The notes under the pieces were generated by a model that was given only the letters and a program-made list of their open reading frames with translations, had not been told where the DNA came from and made no database searches. Of a stretch of DNA of 64,000 bases, positions 48,848-60,073 are shown piece by piece. Position 1 is the first letter of the stretch; every line of letters starts with the position of its first letter. Position numbers and translations under genes: made by a program. This DNA is from an uncultured Cellulophaga sp. (GTDB lineage Bacteria; Bacteroidota; Bacteroidia; Flavobacteriales; Flavobacteriaceae), in contig CANLIE010000001.1 of assembly GCA_947491225.1 (NCBI GenBank), forward strand, positions 17,747 to 81,746, in the 5' to 3' direction.

Positions 48848-51625
48848 TTATAGATTATTGATTGTCAACCCAACATAATACATAGAACCTATGTACCCTG
48901 TCCCAAATGCCGTAAAATATTCATCTCCTAAAAGATTGGTTGCCCCTGCTTTAAATGAAGTTTTTATACTTGGTATTTTGTAATTAATTTGAGCATCCAA
49001 TGTATGAAATTCTGGAACCACACCGCTTCCAAAAGTAGCTTCCCAATAATAGTCATCACTAAACCTATACGCTAGATTAAATCCGAAATTTTTAAATAAT
49101 TCTGCGTTACCAAAAGAAGCTTTGAATTTATGTTCTGGTGTATTAAAGTTTGTTTGAAAATCTGGGTTTGCCTCTTGGTCAAAATCTTGTTTAGTAAAAG
49201 TATAACTACCACTTAAATCAAAATTGCCCAAAACTTTTGCTGTTAATCCTAAAGATGCACCATAAGAATTTACGTCTACATCAGAATTTGTGTAAGCACT
49301 ATACCTTGTAACATCATCAAAATCTATAGCATCAACAGATAGTCCTGCATCACCTACAGTACCATATAAAGGGGCATCTACAACTCCTTGAGATATAAAA
49401 TCTTTATACGAGTTATAATATGCACTAAAATCAATAACCAACTTATCTATTTTTCCTCTATAGCCAACTTCTACTGATGTTACTTGTTCTGGTTTTACTA
49501 TTTCAGGGTTTGCCACAACTAAATCAGCAACATTTTTAGTAATTTTATATTTTTCAACAGATTGCGCACTATATGAATTACTATATGCAACAGCACCTGT
49601 TTGTGTAATTTCATTAGCCTGCCCAGGATTGTTTACTGAATAAGTCCTTGAATACCTATCTAAATTAGTAGGAGCAGAACCTATTAATATAGCTCTACCC
49701 GCATCTAATCCAATAAATAAATCTTGAGTAGTTGGATTTCTAAAACCTGTTTGAACTGAAGCTCTTATGTTATGATCTCTATTTAAAGTTACACCTGCGG
49801 AAAATCTTGGTGATATAAAACCTTTAAAAAATTCTGACTTATCATAACGCACTGAACCAGTTAATTTTAATTTAGCCTGTTCGCTTAAATCAAATTCTTT
49901 CTGTAGTTGTGTATAAATACCATATTCTGAATATTCTATTGGAGCATCATAATCTGTATAAATTGTTCCAGACGAATTTAAGTTGTATTTACGATAAGAC
50001 CCTCCAACTTGAATATCAACAGCATCAATTAAATGCTCTAAATTATAATTGGCATCTGTATGATAGTACTTAGATGCATCTTGAAATTTTGACCCTGTTG
50101 AAAGATCTGGATCGTTTATACTTCTATTAAATGCTGATACAAATCCTGAAGATCCTGGCAAATACCGCCCATTCTCTGCCACTCCTCTAGCTGTTGCGTG
50201 TGCTTGCTCGTCGGTAGCACCGCCTAAGGTTGCCAACACATAATTACCTACATATTCACCAAACCAAACTTGATCACTTTTCCAAGCTCTATTTATATTA
50301 ATCCCTGTAAAAACCATATCATAAGAATCTCCTGCTTTATCAGCTACAATATAACTTCTTAGAAAGAAGTTATCATTCCTTACTTCTAATTTATGTTGTT
50401 CTTGAAAGAAATTATCAATATTGTATCTATTAGTTCCTTGGTATATTGTAGATCCTGTTCCTACTTTACCTACATAGGAGAACTCCAAATTATTTCCTTC
50501 AATTGGTCTGTAATACAACCCCCAATCTGCTTTAACACTTTCTGCAATATTATCTGTTAAATCTCTTTCATTATATCCTGTTCTACTTATATCTACTGAA
50601 GGCACCAGTGCATTTGCACCAACTGGAATTCTACCTAGCTGCTCTAATTTTATCGCAACGCTTTTCATATTCTGAGAAACTTCATCTCCATATACATTAA
50701 TTCCATTATAGTTTAGATTAGTTGCTCTTGTACCGCCAACCATATCTGAATCTACTTCACTATTGGCAGCCCAATCTGTACCTCTTAAGTACCCAAAATT
50801 AACTTTAGCTGCAAAATTATCTGAAAATTTATGTGCTGCACGTATACCCAAATCAGTATAAGCGTTATCACCAGCAGCTTCTTGTGAAGTAATTCCTCTT
50901 TTTACAAATGCACTTATTCCTTGATAATCAAAAGGGTTTTTACTACGCATAAATAAAATTCCATTAAACGCATTTGCCCCATATAGTGCAGATGATGCTC
51001 CTGGCAAAAGCTCAACACTTAGCACATCGGTTTCTGTCATTCCAACCAAGTTTCCTATTGGAAAATTCAATGCGGGCGTAGAATTATCCATTCCGTCTAC
51101 CAATTGCATAAAGCGTGTATTTGCAAAAGTTGCAAAACCTCTTGTATTTACAGATTTAAAGGTTAAACTATTAGTGTTAACATCTACACCTTTTAGATTC
51201 TCCAAACCATCATAAAAATCTACAGATGCTGTATTTTTGATTTCCTTAAGTCCAAACCTTTCTACTGTTACTGGTGACTCAAAAATACGTTCAGGTGTCC
51301 TTGATGCAGAAATTACAACTTCATCTAAAAAACTTGCTGCTTCATTAAGTCTTATTGTTAAAACCTGATTATTAGATGTAACATCTACTATAGCATCAGC
51401 AAAACCTATACTTGTAACTTTAAGTTTAAACGGAGGAACTTCTGAGGTAGACAAAACAAAGTTTCCATCAAAATCTGCAACTGCTCCTTCTGCTTTTCCA
51501 ACAATTACAACATTGGCATTTGGTACTGGCTGATCGTCTTGATCAACAACTTTTCCCTTTATCGTTGTTTGTGAAAACCCAAAAGCACCGAAAATCAGGA
51601 AAGAAAAAAGAATTAATTTTCTCAT
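48848..51625 (-). CDS. TonB-dependent receptor with N-terminal carboxypeptidase-regulatory-like domain
   Basis: 925 aa; signal peptide; CarbopepD_reg-like (IKGKVVDQDDQPVPNANVVIV); plug (LDEVVISASR); barrel. Confidence 0.85.
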   Translation of the reverse strand: MRKLILFSFLIFGAFGFSQTTIKGKVVDQDDQPVPNANVVIVGKAEGAVADFDGNFVLSTSEVPPFKLKVTSIGFADAIVDVTSNNQVLTIRLNEAASFLDEVVISASRTPERIFESPVTVERFGLKEIKNTASVDFYDGLENLKGVDVNTNSLTFKSVNTRGFATFANTRFMQLVDGMDNSTPALNFPIGNLVGMTETDVLSVELLPGASSALYGANAFNGILFMRSKNPFDYQGISAFVKRGITSQEAAGDNAYTDLGIRAAHKFSDNFAAKVNFGYLRGTDWAANSEVDSDMVGGTRATNLNYNGINVYGDEVSQNMKSVAIKLEQLGRIPVGANALVPSVDISRTGYNERDLTDNIAESVKADWGLYYRPIEGNNLEFSYVGKVGTGSTIYQGTNRYNIDNFFQEQHKLEVRNDNFFLRSYIVADKAGDSYDMVFTGININRAWKSDQVWFGEYVGNYVLATLGGATDEQAHATARGVAENGRYLPGSSGFVSAFNRSINDPDLSTGSKFQDASKYYHTDANYNLEHLIDAVDIQVGGSYRKYNLNSSGTIYTDYDAPIEYSEYGIYTQLQKEFDLSEQAKLKLTGSVRYDKSEFFKGFISPRFSAGVTLNRDHNIRASVQTGFRNPTTQDLFIGLDAGRAILIGSAPTNLDRYSRTYSVNNPGQANEITQTGAVAYSNSYSAQSVEKYKITKNVADLVVANPEIVKPEQVTSVEVGYRGKIDKLVIDFSAYYNSYKDFISQGVVDAPLYGTVGDAGLSVDAIDFDDVTRYSAYTNSDVDVNSYGASLGLTAKVLGNFDLSGSYTFTKQDFDQEANPDFQTNFNTPEHKFKASFGNAELFKNFGFNLAYRFSDDYYWEATFGSGVVPEFHTLDAQINYKIPSIKTSFKAGATNLLGDEYFTAFGTGYIGSMYYVGLTINNL

Positions 51626-51831
51626 TCTAATATTTAATTAAGTTAGTAGTTTGTCTAAGTTATATTTTTTTGTTGATTTTAACAATGAAAAATCAAATAA
51701 ATTATGCGTGCATAGTATTTTTTAACATAAATTGACTCACTATCTTGTATATAATGCAAAAAAGATACGCTTTTTTTGAAAATATAAAATCTTTATAATC
51801 TAAATATTACAAATAATTAAGGAATACGCAT

Positions 51832-51870
51832 GAAAAAAAGCCCTGAAAAAATTAATTTTCAGGGCTTTAA
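51832..51870 (-). terminator. Rho-independent terminator downstream of glmS
   Basis: AGCCCTGAAAA...TTTTCAGGGCT hairpin with flanking A-run (T-run on minus strand). Confidence 0.65.
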
Positions 51871-51890
51871 CTATTTTTTGTTTATAAGTA

Positions 51891-53738
51891 CTACTCTACT
51901 GTTACAGATTTAGCAAGATTTCTTGGCTGATCCACATTACAACCTCTCATTAACGCAATATGGTAAGATAGTAATTGTAAAGGTATTGTTGTTAATAAAG
52001 GAGTTAAAGCCTCTAGTGTATCTGGAATTTCTACTACATAATCTGCTAGTGCTTTAACCTGCTCATCACCTTCTGTTACAACAGCTATAATCTTACCTTT
52101 CCTAGATTTAATTTCTTGTATGTTACTAACCACTTTCTCATAATGCCCTTTGTTTGTTGCTATTACTATTACTGGCATATGCTCATCTATTAAGGCAATA
52201 GGACCATGTTTCATTTCTGCAGCAGGATAACCTTCTGCATGAATGTAACTTATCTCTTTTAGTTTTAATGCTCCTTCTAGAGCTACAGGAAAATTATACC
52301 CTCTTCCTAAATACAAACAGTTAGTAGAGTCTTTATAAACCTCAGCAATTTTTTCTATTGCTTCATTGGATTGCAAAGCAATTTCTACCTTAGTTGGTAT
52401 ATACTCTAATTCTGTTAAAAACTCATTTAACCTCTCCTTAGATAAGCTTCCTTTTTCTTGTGCTAATTTTAAAGCTATTAAGGTTAGTACCGTAATTTGA
52501 GTTGTAAACGCTTTTGTAGATGCAACTCCAATTTCTGGACCAGCGTGCGTGTAAGCACCTGCATGTGTTTCTCTTGCAATTGATGATCCAACAACATTAC
52601 ACACTCCAAAAACAAATGCACCGTTTTCTTTTGCCAATTTAATGGCAGCTAATGTATCTGCTGTTTCACCAGATTGTGAAATGGCTATTACAACATCTTT
52701 ATCTGTAATAACAGGATTTCTATATCTAAATTCTGATGCATATTCTACCTCAACCGGTATACGTGCTAAATCTTCAAAAATATATTCTGCAACTAAACCA
52801 GCGTGCCAAGATGTTCCGCAAGCAACTATTACTATTCTATTTGCATTTAAAAATTTATCTAAATGCTGATCTATACCAGCCATTTTTATTAAACCTTTAT
52901 CTGCCAGCAACCTACCACGATAGGTATCTAAAATTGCCCTTGGCTGCTCATAAATCTCTTTCATCATAAAGTGATCATAGCCACCTTTCTCTATTTCTTC
53001 AAGATTCATTTGCAATTCCAAAATGTTTGGATATGCAACTGCATCGTTCTTAATTTTTCTTAATTTTACTTCTTTTCCCAATCTAATAATTGCCATTTCT
53101 TCATCTTCTAAATATATAGCATTATTGGTAAATTCTATAAAAGGAGATGCATCTGACGCAATAAAAAACTCATCTTCACCCATACCAATTGCCAATGGGC
53201 TTCCTAATTTGGCTACTACAATCTCATTTGGTTTTTTTATATCAAAAACAGCTATTGCGTATGCGCCAACCACTTCATTTAATGCCAATTGAACAGCCTT
53301 GCCAAGCTTTACTTTTTCTTTTTTCTGAACTTCTTCTATAAGGTTTATTAAAACCTCTGTATCAGTATCTGAATGAAAAACATACCCTCTATTGATAAGT
53401 TCTTTTTTAATGGATTCATAATTTTCAATGATTCCATTGTGTATAATAACTAAATCTCCTGAATTAGAATAATGAGGATGAGAGTTTACATCATTAGGAA
53501 CACCGTGTGTTGCCCATCTTGTGTGTCCAATACCTATATTGCCTTTAACAGATACGGTTTCTGAAGATTTTTTCTTTAAATCAGAAACTTTTCCCTTAGT
53601 TTTTGATAGATTGATGTTCTTACCATCATATAATGCAACACCTGCACTATCATAACCTCTATATTCTAGACGTTCTAAACCTTTAATAATTACAGGGTAA
53701 GCTTCCCTTTGACCTATATAACCTACAATTCCACACAT
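51891..53738 (-). CDS. glmS: Glutamine--fructose-6-phosphate aminotransferase (isomerizing)
   Basis: 615 aa; MCGIVGY N-terminal nucleophile; two SIS domains; C-terminal SVTVE. Confidence 0.95.
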   Translation of the reverse strand: MCGIVGYIGQREAYPVIIKGLERLEYRGYDSAGVALYDGKNINLSKTKGKVSDLKKKSSETVSVKGNIGIGHTRWATHGVPNDVNSHPHYSNSGDLVIIHNGIIENYESIKKELINRGYVFHSDTDTEVLINLIEEVQKKEKVKLGKAVQLALNEVVGAYAIAVFDIKKPNEIVVAKLGSPLAIGMGEDEFFIASDASPFIEFTNNAIYLEDEEMAIIRLGKEVKLRKIKNDAVAYPNILELQMNLEEIEKGGYDHFMMKEIYEQPRAILDTYRGRLLADKGLIKMAGIDQHLDKFLNANRIVIVACGTSWHAGLVAEYIFEDLARIPVEVEYASEFRYRNPVITDKDVVIAISQSGETADTLAAIKLAKENGAFVFGVCNVVGSSIARETHAGAYTHAGPEIGVASTKAFTTQITVLTLIALKLAQEKGSLSKERLNEFLTELEYIPTKVEIALQSNEAIEKIAEVYKDSTNCLYLGRGYNFPVALEGALKLKEISYIHAEGYPAAEMKHGPIALIDEHMPVIVIATNKGHYEKVVSNIQEIKSRKGKIIAVVTEGDEQVKALADYVVEIPDTLEALTPLLTTIPLQLLSYHIALMRGCNVDQPRNLAKSVTVE

Positions 53739-53865
53739 ATTTTTAGCTATTATTTATAGTTATAGTTAATTGATAGCGCACAAATTTAATCATAATGTGC
53801 AAAAATTATATTAATTAACAGATATAATAACGCAAAAATACTATAAGTGGTATATATGCTTAAAA

Positions 53866-55737
53866 CTATTTTGTTTCTGTATAAAAAATCTCTAATTTCA
53901 ACTTTTTATCTTCATCTCCTGCAGAAACATTACTACCATATAAAACCGTTCCCATAGGATTAACAACAGAAAGTCTTGGTATTTTACCCTCTTCTGCTCC
54001 TTCCAATATTGTTGCTCTGCTGTTTACGAATCTTATATCTGAAGTAATTGTAAGACCAAGTGTTGCATTCTCTTTACCCCTAACAATTAAATCATTAATA
54101 TATTCTGTTATTCTAATAGTATATTTTACACCTTTACCATCAGCGGCCTCTTCTATGATACCGCCATATCCTAATAAAACTTTTAAACTCAATGGACCGT
54201 TTGGAACATCTCTTGAAGTTATTGGGAACCCATATAATGGCGTATTTTTTTCTGCGTTGTACAAATACAATCTTGGAGGCTCCACTTTACTCCCAGCGGC
54301 GTCTAAAGCATCTCTATCAACATAAAAAACAAGTTTTGCTTCATTAATAATCCAATTTTTAGCTTTTATTTGACTTATTATATCTGCGCCATTTCCTTCA
54401 TCAAATAGCTTAATTTCTACATAAGACCCTGCTCCTCCTTTTAAGTAAATTCTATCTGCATTTTCACCTGTATCCATTTTAGCAGTAATATCTGCTGGAT
54501 AATCCTCATTAACCAAAATATTAACGGCATTTCTTGTTGTGGCATTTACACCCAAGGAATATGTTGCAGTAGCTTCCTCAATAATATCATCTGTAATATC
54601 ATCAACAGTTCCGTTAGTATTCTTTTTATCGTAAATATATTCAATATTTATACTAGCCCTTTCAAAATCCAACAAAAACATAATGTCTTCTGTAATACCT
54701 GAGGCTGAAAGATAAATGCCTCTTATAAAATCTTGAAAATTTGTTTGACTAAGTAGTTCTGCTTCTCCCTCTTTATCTAAAAGGTTCTCTTGAAAAAATT
54801 GAGCATCTAGATTAACCATAATACCTGGAGCTAAACGAGTTTCTACTTCTTTTGACTCATCTTTATCTTCAGTCTTAGGATCATCATCTTTTTTATATAT
54901 TAGTTTTTCTATATTAGAGATGGTAGCAGAACCATCATATAAAACATCTGACACGTATGACGTTGGCGGATAGAGTTCTTCTTGATTGGAATAGTATACT
55001 TGCCTTTCTTCAAAATTTGAATTAGGATCCAAATCCCTTAAAAAATAAGTAGAACGCTCTACTTTTAAATTAAACTCATCACCAATTTTACCACCGTATA
55101 TACTGTCTAATTCATACTGTTTTGGATAAGCATTGGCAACTGTATCTGTATCTTTATCATCATCAATACCATTCCCGTCTGTATCTTTTGAAAGAGGATT
55201 TGTACCTGCTGCTTTTTCTTGAGCATTGGTAAGACCATCACCATCAGAATCATTATTTGGGTCTTTAGGTTCTGTATCAAACTCATCATCAACACCGTCA
55301 TTATCTGCATCCCTAAAAGCATCCGTTTTTATTAAATAAGGAATGTGAAGCAAAACTTTTTTAACAGTTTCATTTTCCACTATAGTAGCAATGTTATCAT
55401 CAGTTTCTGCTTCATTTTCAATTTCCTGAGAATAAATCCCAAATTTGGGATTTCCTTCTCCTGACAACCTTATTTGTGTATTTACATAAGCTGTGGTTTT
55501 ACCGTATACAGGATCATTAAACGTCCCTAATTGATAAATTGGTAAGTTGTTAGTCTGCGCTGCTTTTATTTTTTTATTGTAAGCATAAACATTATAAGCA
55601 ACTTTATTAGCAGAAAATGGTTCTCCTGAGATTACCCCACTGCCTATTGTGTTTAATTCATCTTCGCAAGCCACGAATGTGGTCATCAATAAAATTCCCG
55701 CAATAGCAGAAAAAGCTAACTTTTTGTAAAAATTCAT
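53866..55737 (-). CDS. DUF4270-like lipoprotein with thrombospondin-type-3-like Ca-binding Asp-rich repeats
   Basis: 623 aa; lipobox FVAC; [42 protein letters not shown] repeats. Conserved context between a glgA-like gene and glmS. Confidence 0.55.
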   Translation of the reverse strand: MNFYKKLAFSAIAGILLMTTFVACEDELNTIGSGVISGEPFSANKVAYNVYAYNKKIKAAQTNNLPIYQLGTFNDPVYGKTTAYVNTQIRLSGEGNPKFGIYSQEIENEAETDDNIATIVENETVKKVLLHIPYLIKTDAFRDADNDGVDDEFDTEPKDPNNDSDGDGLTNAQEKAAGTNPLSKDTDGNGIDDDKDTDTVANAYPKQYELDSIYGGKIGDEFNLKVERSTYFLRDLDPNSNFEERQVYYSNQEELYPPTSYVSDVLYDGSATISNIEKLIYKKDDDPKTEDKDESKEVETRLAPGIMVNLDAQFFQENLLDKEGEAELLSQTNFQDFIRGIYLSASGITEDIMFLLDFERASINIEYIYDKKNTNGTVDDITDDIIEEATATYSLGVNATTRNAVNILVNEDYPADITAKMDTGENADRIYLKGGAGSYVEIKLFDEGNGADIISQIKAKNWIINEAKLVFYVDRDALDAAGSKVEPPRLYLYNAEKNTPLYGFPITSRDVPNGPLSLKVLLGYGGIIEEAADGKGVKYTIRITEYINDLIVRGKENATLGLTITSDIRFVNSRATILEGAEEGKIPRLSVVNPMGTVLYGSNVSAGDEDKKLKLEIFYTETK

Positions 55738-55742
55738 GTAAC

Positions 55743-56552
55743 TTATTTTAAGACTTCATTACTGTAAAAATTTGTATACGCTTCTTCAAATTCCTGAAGA
55801 GGAACATAAGATAATACAGGTTTTTTTAGGTCAGCAATATATTTATTTAACTCTTCTGGAACTTCTTCTGAGGCTAAAATAACTGCATCTGAATAATCTA
55901 CCGCTACTTTTAACAAATTATTATAGTTAGGTTCTTTTAAAACTTCAATTTTTCCTTCATCAATTCCATCAAAAGAAATCTTATTAATAATTTCTTTATC
56001 CAATTCATTATCAAAACCCTGTCCATAGACAGATGTTACAACCTTACTATCTGCAAACAAAGGCTCATCTGCATAAAATTGCTTTAAATATAATGGTACT
56101 AAAGAAGCCATCCAACCGTGTATATGGATTATATCTGGAGACCAGTTTAATTTCTTAACTGTCTCTACAACCCCTTTTGCAAAGAAAATAGCTCGCTCAT
56201 CATTATCTGGAAATAATATTCCATTTTCATCTGTGAATGTAGCCTTTCTTTTAAAATATTCTTCGTTATCTATAAAATAGACCTGTATACGTTCTTTAGG
56301 TATAGAAGCCACTTTTATAATCAAAGGCATATCCATATCATTAATCACCAAATTCATACCAGACAAGCGAATAACTTCATGCAACTGATGCCTCCTCTCA
56401 TTTATGTTTCCATAACGAGGCATAAATATCCTTATTTGCCCACCTTTACTATTTACCATACGTGGCGTTTCATAAGACATTTGGGAAACTTGATTCTCTG
56501 GGAGATAGGGCATTAATTCTGAAGATACAAATAATATCTTTTTACCATTCAT
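55743..56552 (-). CDS. Short glycogen/starch-synthase-like protein (N-terminal GT5 half only)
   Basis: 269 aa; [16 protein letters not shown] resembles the GlgA N-terminus; no C-terminal GT1 Rossmann half. Confidence 0.65.
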   Translation of the reverse strand: MNGKKILFVSSELMPYLPENQVSQMSYETPRMVNSKGGQIRIFMPRYGNINERRHQLHEVIRLSGMNLVINDMDMPLIIKVASIPKERIQVYFIDNEEYFKRKATFTDENGILFPDNDERAIFFAKGVVETVKKLNWSPDIIHIHGWMASLVPLYLKQFYADEPLFADSKVVTSVYGQGFDNELDKEIINKISFDGIDEGKIEVLKEPNYNNLLKVAVDYSDAVILASEEVPEELNKYIADLKKPVLSYVPLQEFEEAYTNFYSNEVLK

Positions 56553-56656
56553 AGAAACTGGTTTTTATTTATCAAAAAAAGCGTGGCTGCAAAATTACAA
56601 AAATTATAGAGATTAGCCTTATTTATAGTAAGTTTGCTAGCTTTTAAATTTAGTTT

Positions 56657-57502
56657 ATGTTTATTTTTCATAAAATTGAAGAGTTAAAAAATCTCACTTC
56701 CTCCCTTTCTAAAGGAGATACAATAGGTATGGTCCCCACAATGGGGGCTTTACATTTAGGTCATATCTCTCTTGTAAAAAAAGCAGTAAGAGAGAATAGT
56801 CTTACAATTGTTAGCATTTTTGTTAATCCAACCCAGTTTAATAATCAGGAAGATTTAAAAAAATATCCCAAAACTTTAGAAGATGATGTTTCTTTATTAA
56901 AATCTATTTCTAAAGATATTGTAGTTTTTTCTCCATCTGCAAAAGAGATTTATAATGGTAATATAAAATCTGAATCCTATAACTTTGGAAAGTTAGAAAA
57001 AGTAATGGAGGGCGAATTCAGAGATGGTCATTTTGACGGAGTAGGTACCATTGTAGAAAAACTACTCACTATTGCCAAACCTACCAATGCCTATTTTGGA
57101 GAAAAAGACTATCAACAGTTACAAATCATAAACAAACTGGTTAAAATAAAAAAAATACCAGTAAACATAATAGGTTGCCCTATCGTTAGAGAGGCAAATG
57201 GCTTGGCTATGAGTTCCAGAAATGAAAGATTAAGTTCTTACTTAAGAAATGAAGCCTCTTTTATATACAAAACATTAAAAACTGCCAAAGAAAAATTTGG
57301 CACAAAAAGTGCTACGTATATAACAGATTGGGTTACAAATCAGTTTCAACAAAATAAGTTATTTAAATTAGAGTATTTTACTATTGCTGACACTGAAAAT
57401 TTGCAGCCGTTAAAAAGAAAATCTAAAAATAAAAAGTACAGAGCGTTCATTGCGGTTTATGCTAACGACATTAGACTAATTGACAATATATCTTTAAATT
57501 AA
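56657..57502 (+). CDS. panC: Pantoate--beta-alanine ligase
   Basis: 281 aa; [15 protein letters not shown] (HxGH) motif. Confidence 0.9.
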   Translation: MFIFHKIEELKNLTSSLSKGDTIGMVPTMGALHLGHISLVKKAVRENSLTIVSIFVNPTQFNNQEDLKKYPKTLEDDVSLLKSISKDIVVFSPSAKEIYNGNIKSESYNFGKLEKVMEGEFRDGHFDGVGTIVEKLLTIAKPTNAYFGEKDYQQLQIINKLVKIKKIPVNIIGCPIVREANGLAMSSRNERLSSYLRNEASFIYKTLKTAKEKFGTKSATYITDWVTNQFQQNKLFKLEYFTIADTENLQPLKRKSKNKKYRAFIAVYANDIRLIDNISLN

Positions 57503-57515
57503 TTATCTTTGCCTT

Positions 57516-57866
57516 ATGCAAATAGAAGTTTTAAAATCTAAAATACACCGTGTAAAAGTTACAGGGGCAGATTTAAATTACATTGGAAGCATTACTATTG
57601 ATGAAGATTTAATGGACGCTGCCAATATAATAAAAGGAGAAAAAGTGCAAATTGTAAACAACAATAATGGAGAAAGGCTTGAGACGTATGCTATTCCAGG
57701 GCCTAGGAAAAGTGGAGAAATTACATTAAATGGTGCAGCTGCCAGAAAAGTTGCTGTTGGTGATGTACTTATTTTAATAACCTACGGAAGAATGGATATT
57801 GAAAAAGCTAAAACATTTAATCCATCTTTGGTTTTCCCTAATGAAGAAAATAACCTTCTCAATTAA
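57516..57866 (+). CDS. panD: Aspartate 1-decarboxylase
   Basis: 116 aa; [29 protein letters not shown]: pyruvoyl-forming G-S site. Confidence 0.9.
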   Translation: MQIEVLKSKIHRVKVTGADLNYIGSITIDEDLMDAANIIKGEKVQIVNNNNGERLETYAIPGPRKSGEITLNGAAARKVAVGDVLILITYGRMDIEKAKTFNPSLVFPNEENNLLN

Positions 57867-57869
57867 ATT

Positions 57870-58835
57870 TTGTCTAACACTTTAAAAAAAACATTAAAAA
57901 CCATACTCCCAATTCTTTTGGGAGTTTTTTTAGTTTGGTATGCCTATGATAGTACTTCTGCAGATGACAGAAAGCAAATAGTACATTACATAAAGCAGGC
58001 AGACCTTTTTTGGGTAATCCTATCTATGACAATTGGTTTACTAAGCCATATCTCTAGAGCCATTAGATGGAATTTATTGTTAAAACCCTTAGGATACTCT
58101 CCAAAAATATCTAGTAATGTTCTCATAATATTATTGTCTTATTTTGCCAACATACTTATTTTAAGATCAGGTGAAATTTTAAGAGCTACAGCGCTTTCCA
58201 CATATGAGAATGTCCCTTTTGAAAAAGGATTTGGCACCATTGTTACGGAAAGAATTATAGATTTAATTATGCTTTTTCTCATTATAATAGCTGCTCTATT
58301 TTTACAAACAGATACAATTTTAGGTTTCTTACAAGAAAAAGGGTTTAATTACAACTTATTACTTATTGCTGGGGTTTTAGGTGTTCTAGCAACGGTAATA
58401 TTCATAACATTCGTAAAAAAATCTTCTTCCAAAATAGCTATAAAAATAAGATCTTTTATTAATGGTCTATTAGATGGTCTTTTAAGTATTTTTAAAATGA
58501 AAAATAAATGGTTATTTGTTTTTCACACCTTATTCATATGGGCTTGTTATATAGGTATGCTATGGGTAATTAAATATACCGTCTTAGAAACCATAAACTT
58601 AACCTTGAGCCAAATATTGGTTGTATTTGTTCCTGGTGCCTTTGCTATGACCGCTACAAATGGAGGATTGGGTATTTATCCAATTGCTGTTAGCAAAGCA
58701 TTAAGCATTTTTGGCATCAGTACAGTATCTGGAGATGCTTATGGTTGGATTATGTGGATTTCACAAACATTATTAGTTGTTGTTTTTGGTGCAATATCTT
58801 TTCTAATATTACCGTTATTGAAAAGAACAAAATAA
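57870..58835 (+). CDS. UPF0104/lysylphosphatidylglycerol-synthase-TM-region-like membrane protein
   Basis: 321 aa; about 8 TM helices; N-terminus LPILLGVFLVWYAY typical of the flippase-like domain. Confidence 0.65.
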   Translation: MSNTLKKTLKTILPILLGVFLVWYAYDSTSADDRKQIVHYIKQADLFWVILSMTIGLLSHISRAIRWNLLLKPLGYSPKISSNVLIILLSYFANILILRSGEILRATALSTYENVPFEKGFGTIVTERIIDLIMLFLIIIAALFLQTDTILGFLQEKGFNYNLLLIAGVLGVLATVIFITFVKKSSSKIAIKIRSFINGLLDGLLSIFKMKNKWLFVFHTLFIWACYIGMLWVIKYTVLETINLTLSQILVVFVPGAFAMTATNGGLGIYPIAVSKALSIFGISTVSGDAYGWIMWISQTLLVVVFGAISFLILPLLKRTK

Positions 58836-58859
58836 GTTTTCAATAGAAAATACAACAAA

Positions 58860-59993
58860 ATGAAACATCTTACCATAACCATAGCCTTATTTATAGGTTT
58901 AAATACATTTGCACAAGTAACAGAAGAAGTTTTTGAATCTTTTAAACTTCAAGAAAGAAGAGATATTCAATATTATGTTCCTGAGGATTATGATGGTGAT
59001 GAGCAACATTCTGTAATAGTAGTCTTAGATGCAGAATATTTATTTGATGATGTTGTTTCAAAATCTAAGTTTTACCACAGATTCCACAGTATGCCACCAG
59101 CAATAGTTGTAGGTATTAACCAAAGTAAAAACCAAATTAGATATGAAGATTGCTCCTTTAATGAAGAAACAGGTCTACCAACAGATAGAGCAAAACTTTT
59201 TTTTGAATTTCTAGGAATGGAAGTTATACCAAAACTTGAAAAAACATACAACATCTCTCCTTTTAAAATGATTATAGGATATGATATAACTGCAAATTTT
59301 GCAAATTTTTATTTATTTAAAGAAAATCCGCTGTTCAACTCTTACATAAGTATATCTCCAACACTTGCACCAGAAATGGAAACTAGAATACCTGCAAGGA
59401 TAAATGCAATAGACAAGCAAATCTTTTATCATTTGATTATGGAAAAAGAAAAAAATATACAACAGATAGCAGTATTAAACACAGCACTTAAAGCAGTAGA
59501 AAAAGAAACTTTTCATTATTATTTTGATGAATATGAAACAGATCATACCTCAATTGCAACTTACGGACTAGGTAAAGCTTTTGATGATATTTTTGAAATT
59601 TTTAAACCTATTACACCAAAAGAATACAAGCAAAAGATTATCACATCAGAAGAACCAGTTTTTAATTATTTAAAAAATAAATATACTCTAATTGAAGATA
59701 CTTTTGGTTTTACAAAAAAAGTAGACATTAATGATGTTATGGCCATTTATGCTGCCTGCAAAAAGAAAGAGGATACAGATTCTCTAAAAGAATTATCTGA
59801 TTTATGCAAAAAAGAATTTCCAGATACTATGCTTGGCTTTTATTTTGAAGGAGAATATTTTGAAGAAATAGGTGAATCTAAAAAGGCATTACGAACGTTT
59901 GAAAAAGCTTTTGGAATGATTGAAATAGATTTCTTAACCAAAGATATGGCACTCGATAAAATAAATGCATTAAAAGCAGATTTTGGATATTAA
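58860..59993 (+). CDS. Secreted alpha/beta-hydrolase (esterase-like) protein
   Basis: 377 aa; signal peptide; putative-esterase family resemblance (YYVPEDYDGDEQHSVIVVLDAEY); C-terminal TPR-like helices. Confidence 0.55.
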   Translation: MKHLTITIALFIGLNTFAQVTEEVFESFKLQERRDIQYYVPEDYDGDEQHSVIVVLDAEYLFDDVVSKSKFYHRFHSMPPAIVVGINQSKNQIRYEDCSFNEETGLPTDRAKLFFEFLGMEVIPKLEKTYNISPFKMIIGYDITANFANFYLFKENPLFNSYISISPTLAPEMETRIPARINAIDKQIFYHLIMEKEKNIQQIAVLNTALKAVEKETFHYYFDEYETDHTSIATYGLGKAFDDIFEIFKPITPKEYKQKIITSEEPVFNYLKNKYTLIEDTFGFTKKVDINDVMAIYAACKKKEDTDSLKELSDLCKKEFPDTMLGFYFEGEYFEEIGESKKALRTFEKAFGMIEIDFLTKDMALDKINALKADFGY

Positions 59994-60073
59994 TCAAACC
60001 TCAAAATCAAACCTAGGCAAAAGAAATTTTTAAAACTTTATAGTACCTTTGGTCAAAACCAATTAGTAAAATA

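Noticed and set aside
53739-53865. Possible glmS ribozyme upstream of glmS
   Set aside because: No match to the conserved glmS ribozyme core by eye, and that element is essentially restricted to Firmicutes and relatives.
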